This document shows, one piece after another, positions 26,589 to 37,673 of a stretch of 64,000 nt of DNA (position 1 is the first letter of the stretch; every line of letters starts with the position of its first letter). The position numbers and the translations under genes were made by a program. The notes under the pieces were generated by a model. It did no database searches. It was given only the letters and a program-made list of their open reading frames with translations, and had not been told where the DNA came from. Source of the DNA: the human T2T-CHM13v2.0 reference genome, Homo sapiens; the NCBI RefSeq assembly GCF_009914755.1, contig NC_060944.1; one strand, given 5' to 3'.

Positions 26589-28793
26589 CATTCTCAGAAA
26601 CTTGTTTGTGATGTGTGCCCTCTACTGACAGAGTTGAACCTTTCCTTGCAAAGAGCAGCTTTGAAACACTCTTTTTGTAGAATCTGCAAGAGGATATTTG
26701 GATAGCTTTGAGGATTTCGTTGGAAACGGGTATGTCTTCAGATAAACTCTAGACAGAAGCATTCTCAGAAACTTCTTTGGGAGGTTGCATTCAAGTCACA
26801 GAGTAGAACATTCCCATTCATAGAGCAGATTTGAAACACTCTTTTTGAAGTATCTGGAAGTGGACATTTGGAGCGCTTTCAGGCCTATGTTGAAAAAGGA
26901 AATATCTTCCCATAAAAACTAGACGGAAGCATTCTCAGAAACTTACTTGTGATGTGTTTGCTCAACTAACAGAATTGAACCATCGTTTTGAAGGAGCAGT
27001 TTTGAAACACTGTTTTCGTGGAATCTGCAAGTGGATATTTGGCTATCTTTGAGGATTTCGTTGGAAACGGGATTACATATAAAAAGGAGACAGCAGCATT
27101 CTCAGAAATTTCTTTGTGATGTCTGCATTCAACTCACAGAGTTGAGCATTCCCTTTCATAGAGCAGGTTTGAAACACTCTTTTTGTAGTATCTGGATGAG
27201 GACATTTGGAGCGCTTTCAGGCGTATGGTGAAAAAGGAAATATCTTCCCGTAAAAACTAGACAGAAGCTTTCTCAAAATTTATTTGTGATGTGTGCCCTC
27301 AACTAACAGAGTTGAACCTTTCTTTTGATAGAGCAGTTTTGAAACACTCTTTTTGTAAAATCTGCAAGAGGATATTTGGATAGATTTGAGGATTTCGTTG
27401 CAAACGGGAATGGCTTCATATAAACTCTAGACAGAAGCATTCTCAGAAACTTCTTTGGGATGTTTCGATTGAAGTCCCAGTGTTGAACATTCCCTTTTAT
27501 AGCGCAGGTTGGAAACACTCTTTTTGCATTCCCTGGAAGTGGACATTTGGAGCGCTTTCAGGACGACGGTGAAAATGGAAATATCTTCCAATAAAATCTA
27601 GATAGAAGCAATGTCAGAAACTTTTATGTGATGGATCTACTCAGCTAACAGAGTTGAATCTTTCTTTTGAGAGAGCAGTTTTGCAACACTCTTTTTGTGG
27701 AATATGCAAGTGGATATTAGGGCAGCTTTGAGGATTTCGTTGGAAACGGGAATACATGTAAAAAGCAGACAGCAGCATTCTCAGAAACTTCTTTGTGGTG
27801 TTTGCATTGAAGTCACAGAGTTGAACATTCCCTTTGAGAGAGCAGGTTTGAAACACGCCTTTTGTCATATCTGGAAGTGTCCATTCGGAGCGCATTCAGG
27901 CTTGTGTTGAAAAAGGAAATATCCTCCCATAAAAACTAGACAGAAGCATTCTCAGAAACTTATTTGTGATGTATGTACTCAACTAACAGAACTAAACCAT
28001 CGTTTTGAAGGAGCAGTTTTGAAACACTCTTTTTGCGAAATCTGCAACTGGATATTTGGCTAGCTTGGAGGATTTCGTACCAAACGGGATTACATACAAA
28101 AAGCAGACAGCAGCATTCTCAGAAACTTCTTTGTGATGTTTGCATTCAAGTCGCAGAGTTGAACATTCCATTTCATAGAGCAGGTTTGAAACACTCTTTT
28201 TGTAGTATCTGGATGTGGACATTTGGATCGCTTTCAGACCTATGGTGAAAAAGGAAATATCTTCCCATGAAAACTAGACAGAAGCATTCTCAGAAACTGC
28301 TTTGGGATGTTTCAATTGAAGTCCCAGTGTTGAACATTCCCTTTCATAGAGCAGGTTTGAAACACTCTTTTTGTAGTATCTGGAAGTGGACATTTGGAGC
28401 GCTTTCAGGTTTACGGTGAAAAAGGAGATATCTTCCAATAAAAACTAGATAGAAGCAATGTCAGAACTTTTTTCATGATGTATCTACTCAGCAAACAGAG
28501 TTGAACCTTTCTTTTGAGAGAGCAGTTTTGAAACACTCTTTTTGTGGAATATGCAAGTGGGTATTAGGCCAGCTTGGAGGATTTCGTTGGAAACGGGAAT
28601 ACGTATAAAAAGCAGACAGCAGCATTGTCAGAAAGTACTTTGTGATGTTTGCATTCAAGTCACAGAATTGAACACTCCCTTTCACAGAGCAGGTTTGCAA
28701 CACACTTTGTGTAGTGTTTGTAAGTGAACATTTGGATTGCTTTCAGGCCTAAGGTGAAAAAGGAAATATCTTCCCATAAAAACTAGACAGAAG
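26589..28793 (+). repeat. 13-mer HOR variant (M3-M12 + M14-M16; 2205 bp)
   Basis: It lacks M1-M2. The M12 end (CCCATGAAAACTAGACAGAAG) joins the M14 start (CATTCTCAGAAACTGCTTTGGG) at 28285. Confidence 0.92.
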
Positions 28794-30493
28794 CATTCTC
28801 AGAAACTTGTTTGTGATGTGTGCCCTCTACTGACAGAGTTGAACCTTTCTTTGCAAAGAGCAGTTTTGAAACACTCTTTTTGTACAATCTGCAAGAGGAT
28901 ATTTGGATAGCTTTGAGGATTTCTTGGGAAACGCGAATGTCTTCAGATAAACTCTAGACAGAAGCATTCTCAGAAACTTCTTTGGGATGTTTCAATTGAA
29001 GTCATAGTGTTGAACATTCCCTTTCACAGAGCAGGTTTGAAACACTCTTTTTGTAGTGTCTGTAAGTGAACATTTGGATTGCTTTCAGGCCTAAGGTGAA
29101 AAAGGAAATATCTTCCCATAAAAACTAGACAGAAGCATTCTCAGAAACTTGTTTGTGATGTGTGCCCTCTACTGACAGAGTTGAACCTTTCCTTGCAAAG
29201 AGCAGCTTTGAAACACTCTTTTTGTAGAATCTGCAAGAGGATATTTGGATAGCTTTGAGGATTTCATTGGAAACGGGTATGTCTTCAGATAAACTCTAGA
29301 CAGAAGCATTCTCAGAAACTTCTTTGGGATGTTGCATTCAAGTCACAGAGTAGAACATTCCCATTCATAGTGCAGATTTGAAACACTCTTTTTGAAGTAT
29401 CTGGAAGTGGACATTTGGAGCCCTTTCAGGCCTATGTTGAAAAAGGAAATATCTTCCCATAAAAACTAGACGGAAGCATTCTCAGAAACTTACTTGTGAT
29501 GTGTTTGCTCAACTAACAGAATTGAACCATCGTTTTGAAGGAGCAGTTTTGAAACACTGTTTTCGTGGAATCTGCAAGTGGATATTTGGCTAGCTTTGAG
29601 GATTTCGTTGGAAACGGGATTACATATAAAAAGGAGACAGCAGCATTCTCAGAAACTTCTTTGTGATGTCTGCATTCAAGTCACAGAGTTGAGCATTCCC
29701 TTTCATAGAGCAGGATTGAAAGACTCTTTTTGTAGTATCTGGATGTGGACATTTGGATCGCTTTCAGGCCTATGGTGAAAAAGGAAATATCTTCCCATGA
29801 AAACTAGACAGAAGCATTCTCAGAAACTTATTTGTGATGTGTGCCCTCAACTGACAGTGTTGAACCTTTGTTTTGATAGAGCAGTTCTGAAACACACTTT
29901 TTGTAAAATCTGCAAGAGGATATTTGGATAGCTTTGAGGATTTCGTTGGAAACGGGAATGTCTTCATGTAAACTCTAGACAGAAGCATTCTCAGAAACTG
30001 CTTTGGGATGTTTCAATTGAAGTCCCAGTGTTGAACATTCCCTTTCATAGAGCAGGTTTGAAACACTCTTTTTGTAGTATCTGGAAGTGGACATTTGGAG
30101 CGCTTTCAGGTCTACGGTGAAAAAGGAGATATCTTCCAATAAAAACCAAATAGAAGCAATGTCAGAACTTTTTTCATGATGTATCTACTCAGCAAACAGA
30201 GTTGAACCTTTCTTTTGAGAGAGCAGTTTTGAAACACTCTTTTTGTGGAATATGCAAGTGGGTATTAGGCCGGCTTGGAGGATTTCGTTGGAAACGGGAA
30301 TACGTATAAAAAGCAGACAGCAGCATTGTCAGAAACTACTTTGTGATGTTTGCATTCAAGTCAAAGAATTGAACACTCCCTTTCACAGAGCAGGTTTGAA
30401 CACTCTTTTTGTAGTGTCTGTAAGTGAACATTTGGATTGCTTTCAGGCCTAAGGTGAAAAAGGAAACATCTTCCCATAAAAACTAGACAGAAA
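28794..30493 (+). repeat. 10-mer HOR variant (M1, M2/16, M3-M5, M6/12, M13-M16; 1700 bp)
   Basis: The monomer at 29644 begins as M6 (GTCTGC, GAGCATTCC) and ends as M12 (GATGTGG, GGATCGC, CCCATGAAA), followed by M13. Confidence 0.9.
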
Positions 30494-31366
30494 CATTCTC
30501 AGAAACTTGTTTGTGATGTGTGCCCTCTACTGACAGAGTTGAACCTTTCTTTGCAAAGAGCAGTTTTGAAACACTCTTTTTGTAGAATCTGCAAGAGGAT
30601 ATTTGGATAGCTTTGAGGATTTCTTGGGAAACGGGAATGTCTTCAGATAAACTCTAGACAGAAGCATTCTCAGAAACTTCTTTGGGATGTTTCAATTGAA
30701 GTCACAGTGTTGAACATTCCCTTTCACAGAGCAGGTTTGAAACACTCTTTTTGTAGTGTCTATAAGTGAACATTTGGCGTGCTTTCAGGCCTAACGTGAA
30801 AAAGGAAATATCTTCCCATAAAAACTAGACCGAAGCATTCTCAGAAACTTGTTTGTGATGTGTGCCCTCTGCTGACAGAGTTGAACTTTTCTTTGCAAAG
30901 AGCAGCTTTGAAACACTCTTTTTGTAGAATCTGCAAGAGGATATTTGGATAGCTTTGAGGATTTCGTTGGAAACGGGTATGTCTTCAGATAAACTCTAGA
31001 CAGAAGCATCCTCAGAAAATTCTTTGGGATGTTGCATTCAAGTCACAGAGTAGAACATTCCCATTCACAGAGCAGATTTGAAACACTCTTTTTGTAGTAT
31101 CTGGAAGTGGACATTTGGACCGCTTTCAGGCCTATGTTCAAAAAAGGAAATATCTTCCCATAAAAACTAGACGGAAGCATTCTCAGAAACTTACTTGTGA
31201 TGTGTTTGCTCAACTAACAGAATTGAACCATCGTTTTGAAGGAGCAGTTTTGAAACACTGTTTTCGTGGAATCTGCAAGTGGATATTTGGCTAGCTTTGA
31301 GGATTTGGATTGCTTTCAGGCCTAAGGTGAAAAAGGAAATATCTTCCCATAAAAACTAGACAGAAG
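30494..31366 (+). repeat. 5-mer variant (M1-M4 + 189-bp M5/M16 hybrid; 873 bp), copy 1
   Basis: The junction CTTTGAGGATTTGGATTGCTTTCAGG lies at about 31303, and the next M1 begins at 31367. Confidence 0.92.
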
Positions 31367-34081
31367 CATTCTCAGAAACTTGTTTGTGATGTGTGCCCTC
31401 TACTGACAGAGTTGAACCTTTCTTTGCAAGGAGCAGTTTTGAAACACTCTTTTTGTAGAATCTGCAAGAGGATATTTGGATAGATTTGAGGATTTCTTGG
31501 GAAACGGGAATGTCTTCAGATAAACTCTAGACAGAAGCATTCTCAGAAACTTCTTTGGGATGTTGCATTCAAGTCACAGAGTAGAACATTCCCATTCATA
31601 GAGCAGATTTGAAACACTCTTTTTGTAGTATCTGGAAGTGGACATTTGGAGCGCTTTCAGGCCTATGTTGAAAAAGGAAATACCTTCCCATAAAAACTAG
31701 ACGGAAGCATTCTCAGAAACTTACTTTTGATGTGTTTGCTCAACTAACAGAATTGAATCATCGTTTTGAAGGAGCAGTTTTGAAACACTCTTTTTGCGGA
31801 ATCTGCAAGTGGATATTTGGCTAACTTGGAGGATTTCGTTGGAAACGGGATTACATACAAAAAGCAGACAGCAGCATTCTCAGAAACTTCTTTGTGATGT
31901 TTGCATTCAAGTCACAGTGTTGAACATTCCCTTTCATAGAGCAGGTTTGAAACACTCTTTTTGTAGTATCTGGATGTGGACATTTGGAGCGCTTTCAGGC
32001 CTATGTTGAAAAAGGAAATATCTTCCCATAAAAACTAGACGGAAGCATTCTCAGAAACTTACTTGTGATGTGTTTGCTCAACTAACAGAATTGAACCATC
32101 GTTTTGAAGGAGCAGTTTTGAAACACTGTTTTCGTGGAATCTGCAAGTGGATATTTGGCTAGCTTTGAGGATTTCGTTGGAAACGGGATTACATATAAAA
32201 CGGAGACAGCAGCATTCTCAGAAACTTCTTTGTGATGTCTGCATTCAAGTCACAGAGTTGAGCATTCCCTTTCATAGAGCAGGTTGGAAACACTCTTTTT
32301 GTAGTATCTGGATGAGGACATTTGGAGCGCTTTCAGGCGTATGGTGAAAAAGGAAATATCTTCCCGTAAAAACTAGACAGAAGCATTCTCAGAAATTTAT
32401 TTGTGATGTGTTCCCTCAACTAACAGAGTTGAACCTTTCTTTTGATAGAGCAGTTTTGAAACACTCTTTTTGTAAAATCTGCAAGAGGATATTTGGATAG
32501 CTTTGAGGATTTCGTTGCAAACGGGAATGGCTTCATAGAAACTCTAGACAGAAGCATTCTCAGAAACTTCGTTGGGATGTTTCGATTGAAGTCCCAGTGT
32601 TGAACATTCCCTTTTATAGAGCAGGTTGGAAACACTCTTTCTGCATTCCCTGGAAGTGGACATTTGGAGCGCTTTCAGGACGACGGTGAAAATGGAAATA
32701 TCTTCCAATAAAATCTAGATAGAAGCAATGTCAGAAACTTTTCTGTGATGGATCTACTCAGCTAACAGAGTTGAACCTTTCTTTTGAGAGAGCAGTTTTG
32801 CAACACTCTTTTTGTGGAATATGCAAGTGGATATTAGGGCAGCTTTGAGGATTTCGTTGGAAACGGGAATACATGTAAAAAGCAGACAGCAGCATTCTCA
32901 GAAACTTCTTTGTGATGTTTGCATTGAAGTCACAGAGTTGAACATTCCCTTTGAGAGAGCAGGTTTGAAACACGCCTTTTGTCATATCTGGAAGTGTCCA
33001 TTCGGAGCACATTCAGGCTTGCGTTGAAAAAGGAAATATCCTCCCATAAAAACTAGACAGAAGCATTCTCAGAAACTTATTTGTGATATATGTACTCAAC
33101 TAACAGAACTAAACCATCGTTTTGAAGGAGCAGTTTTGAAACACTCCTTTTGCGGAATCTGCAACTGGATATTTGGCTAGCTGGGAAGATTTCGTTGGAA
33201 ACGGGATTACATACAAAAAGCAGACAGCAGCATTCTCAGAAACTTCTTTGTGATGTTTGCATTCAAGTCACAGAGTTGAACATTCCCTTTCATAGAGCAG
33301 GTTTGAAACACTCTTTTTGTAGTATCTGGATGTGGACATTTGGATCGCGTTCAGGCCTATGGTGAAAAAGGAAATATCTTCCCATGAAAACTAGACAGAA
33401 GCATTCTCAGAAACTTATTTGTGATGTGTGCCTTCAACTGACAGTGTTGAACCTTTGGTTTGATAGAGCAGTTCTGAAACACACTTTTTGTAAAATCTGC
33501 AAGAGGATATTTGGATAGCTTTGAGGATTTCGTTGGAAACGGGAATGTCTTCATGTAAACTCTAGACAGAAGCATTCTCAGAAACTGCTTTGGGATGTTT
33601 CAATTGAAGTCCCAGTGTTGAACATTCCCTTTCATAGAGCAGGTTTGAAACACTCTTTTTGTAGTATCTGGAAGTGGACATTTGCAGCGCTTTCAGGTCT
33701 ACGGTGAAAAAGGAGATATCTTCCAATAAAAACTAGATAGAAGCAATGTCAGAACTTTTTTCATGATGTATCTACTCAGCAAACAGAGTTGAACCTTTCT
33801 TTTGAGAGAGCAGTTTTGAAACACTCTTTTTGTGGAATATGCAAGTGGGTATTAGGCCAGCTTGGAGGATTTCGTTGGAAACGGGAATACGTATAAAAAG
33901 CAGACAGCGGCATTGTCAGAAACTACTTTGTGATGTTTGCATTCAAGTCACAGAATTGAACACTCCCTTTCACAGAGCAGGTTTGAAACACTCTTTTTGT
34001 AGTGTCTGTAAGTGAACATTTGGATTGCTTTCAGGCCTAAGGTGAAAAAGGAAATATCTTCCCATAAAAACTAGACAGAAG
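31367..34081 (+). repeat. Rearranged 16-monomer unit (M1, M4, M5/11, M12/4, M5-M16; 2715 bp)
   Basis: Monomer starts at 31367, 31538, 31708, 31875 and 32046 were typed by diagnostic motifs. Confidence 0.85.
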
Positions 34082-36800
34082 CATTCTCAGAAACTTGTTT
34101 GTGATGTGTGCCCTCTACTGACAGAGTTGAACCTTTCTTTGCAAAGAGCAGTTTTGAAACACTCTTTTTGTAGAATCTGCAAGAGGATATTTGGATAGCT
34201 TTGAGGATTTCTTGGGAAAGGGGAATGTCTTCAGATAAACTCTAGACAGAAGCATTCTCAGAAACTTCTTTGGGATGTTTCAATTGAAGACACAGTGTTG
34301 AACATTCCCTTTCACAGAGCAGGTTTGAAACACTCTTTTTGTAGTGTCTATAAGTGAACATTTGGCGTGCTTTCAGGCCTAACTTGAAAAAGGAAATATC
34401 TTCCCATAAAAACTAGACAGAAGCATTCTCAGAAACTTGTTTGTGATGTGTGCCCTCTACTGACAGAGTTGAACCTTTCTTTGCATAGAGCAGCTTTGAA
34501 ACACTCTTTTTGTAGAATCTGCAAGAGGATATTTGGATAGCTTTGAGGATTTCGTTGGAAACGGGTATGTCTTCAGATAAACTCTAGACAGAAGCATTCT
34601 CAGAAACTTCTTTGGGATGTTGCATTCAAGTCACAGAGTAGAACATTCCCATTCATAGAGCAGATTTGAAACACTCTTTTTGTAGTATCTGGAAGTGGAC
34701 ATTTGGAGCGCTTTCAGGCCTATGTTGAAAAAGGAAATATCTTCCCATAAAAACTAGACGGAAGCATTCTCAGAAACTTACTTGTGATGTGTTTGCTCAA
34801 CTAACAGAATTGAACCATCGTTTTGAAGGAGCAGTTTTGAAACACTGTTTTCGTGGAATCTGCAAGTGGATATTTGGCTAGCTTTGAGGATTTCGTTGGA
34901 AACGGGATTACATATAAAACGGAGACAGCAGCATTCTCAGAAACTTCTTTGTGATGTCTGCATTCAAGTCACAGAGTTGAGCATTCCCTTTCATAGAGCA
35001 GGTTGGAAACACTCTTTTTGTAGTATCTGGATGAGGACATTTGGAGCGCTTTCAGGCGTATGGTGAAAAAGGAAATATCTTCCCGTAAAAACTAGACAGA
35101 AGCATTCTCAGAAATTTATTTGTGATGTGTTCCCTCAACTAACAGAGTTGAACCTTTCTTTTGATAGAGCAGTTTTGAAACACTCTTTTTGTAAAATCTG
35201 CAAGAGGATATTTGGATAGCTTTGAGGATTTCGTTGCAAACGGGAATGGCTTCATAGAAACTCTAGACAGAAGCATTCTCAGAAACTTCGTTGGGATGTT
35301 TCGATTGAAGTCCCAGTGTTGAACATTCCGTTTCATAGAGCAGGTTGGAAACACTCTTTCTGCATTCCCTGGAAGTGGACATTTGGAGCGCTTTCAGGAC
35401 GACGGTGAAAATGGAAATATCTTCCAAGAAAATCTAGATAGAAGCAATGTCAGAAACTTTTCTGTGATGGATCTACTCAGCTAACAGAGTTGAACCTTTC
35501 TTTTGAGAGAGCAGTTTTGCAACACTCTTTTTGTGGAATATGCAAGTGGATATTAGGGCAGCTTTGAGGATTTCGTTGGAAACGGGAATACATGTAAAAA
35601 GCAGACAGCAGCATTCTCAGAAACTTCTTTGTGATGTTTGCATTGAAGTCACAGAGTTGAACATTCCCTTTGAGAGAGCAGGTTTGAAACACGCCTTTTG
35701 TCATATCTGGAAGTGTCCATTCGGAGCGCATTCAGGCTTGTGTTGAAAAAGGAAATATCCTCCCATAAAAACTAGACAGAAGCATTCTCAGAAACTTATT
35801 TGTGATGTATGTACTCAACTAACAGAACTAAACCATCGTTTTGAAGGAGCAGTTTTGAAACACTCTTTTTGCGGAATCTGCAACTGGATATTTGGCTAGC
35901 TGGGAGGATTTCGTTGGAAACGGGATTACATACAAAAAGCAGACAGCAGCATTCTCAGAAACTTCTTTGTGATGTTTGCATTCAAGTCACAGAGTTGAAC
36001 ATTCCCTTTCATAGAGCAGGTTTGAAACACTCTTTTTGTAGTATCTGGATGTGGACATTTGGATCGCGTTCAGGCCTATGGTGAAAAAGGAAATATCTTC
36101 CCATGAAAACTAGACAGAAGCATTCTCAGAAACTTATTTGTGATGTGTGCCCTCAACTGACAGTGTTGAACCTTTGTTTTGATAGAGCAGTTCTGAAACA
36201 CACTTTTTGTAAAATCTGCAAGAGGATATTTGGATAGCTTTGAGGATTTTGTTGGAAACGGGAATGTCTTCATGTAAACTCTAGACAGAAGCATTCTCAG
36301 AAACTGCTTTGGGATGTTTCAATTGAAGTCCCAGTGTTGAACATTCCCTTTCATAGAGCAGGTTTGAAACACTCTTTTTGTAGTATCTGGAAGTGGACAT
36401 TTGCAGCGCTTTCAGGTCTACGGTGAAAAAGGAGATATCTTCCAATAAAAACTAGATAGAAGCAATGTCAGAACTTTTTTCATGATGTATCTACTCAGCA
36501 AACAGAGTTGAACCTTTCTTTTGAGAGAGCAGTTTTGAAACACTCTTTTTGTGGAATATGCAAGTGGGTATTAGGCCAGCTTGGAGGATTTCGTTGGAAA
36601 CGGGAATACGTATAAAAAGCAGACAGCAGCATTGTCAGAAACTACTTTGTGATGTTTGCATTCAAGTCACAGAATTGAACACTCCCTTTCACAGAGCAGG
36701 TTTGAAACACTCTTTTTGTAGTGTCTGTAAGTGAACATTTGGATTGCTTTCAGGCCTAAGGTGAAAAAGGAAATATCTTCCCATAAAAACTAGACAGAAG
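34082..36800 (+). repeat. Canonical 16-mer HOR (2719 bp)
   Basis: M1-M16 occur in order. Confidence 0.93.
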
Positions 36801-37673
36801 CATTCTCAGAAACTTGTTTGTGATGTGTGCCCTCTACTGACAGAGTTGAACCTTTCTTTGCAAGGAGCAGTTTTGAAACACTCTTTTTGTAGAATCTGCA
36901 AGAGGATATTTGGATAGATTTGAGGATTTCTTGGGAAACGGGAATGTCTTCAGATAAACTCTAGACAGAAGCATTCTCAGAAACTTCTTTGGGATGTTTC
37001 AATTGAAGTCACATTGTTGAACATTCCCTTTCACAGAGCAGGTTTGAAACACTCTTTTTGTAGTGTCTATAAGTGAACATTTGGCGTGCTTTCAGGCCTA
37101 ACGTGAAAAAGGAAATATCTTCCCATAAAAACTAGACAGAAGCATTCTCAGAAACTTGTTTGTGATGTGTGCCCTCTGCTGACAGAGTTGAACTTTTCTT
37201 TGCAAAGAGCAGCTTTGAAACACTCTTTTTGTAGAATCTGCAAGAGGATATTTGGATAGCTTTGAGGATTTCGTTGGAAACGGGTATGTCTTCAGATAAA
37301 CTCTAGACAGAAGCATCCTCAGAAAATTCTTTGGGATGTTGCATTCAAGTCACAGAGTAGAACATTCCCATTCACAGAGCAGATTTGAAACACTCTTTTT
37401 GTAGTATCTGGAAGTGGACATTTGGACAGCTTTCAGGCCTATGTTGAAAAAAGGAAATATCTTCCCATAAAAACTAGACGGAAGCATTCTCAGAAACTTA
37501 CTTGTGATGTGTTTGCTCAACTAACAGAATTGAACCATCGTTTTGAAGGAGCAGTTTTGAAACACTGTTTTCGTGGAATCTGCAAGTGGATATTTGGCTA
37601 GCTTTGAGGATTTGGATTGCTTTCAGGCCTAAGGTGAAAAAGGAAATATCTTCCCATAAAAACTAGACAGAAG
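36801..37673 (+). repeat. 5-mer variant (M1-M4 + 189-bp M5/M16 hybrid; 873 bp), copy 2
   Basis: It has the same junction at about 37610 and the same private M3/M4 variants as copy 1. Confidence 0.92.
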
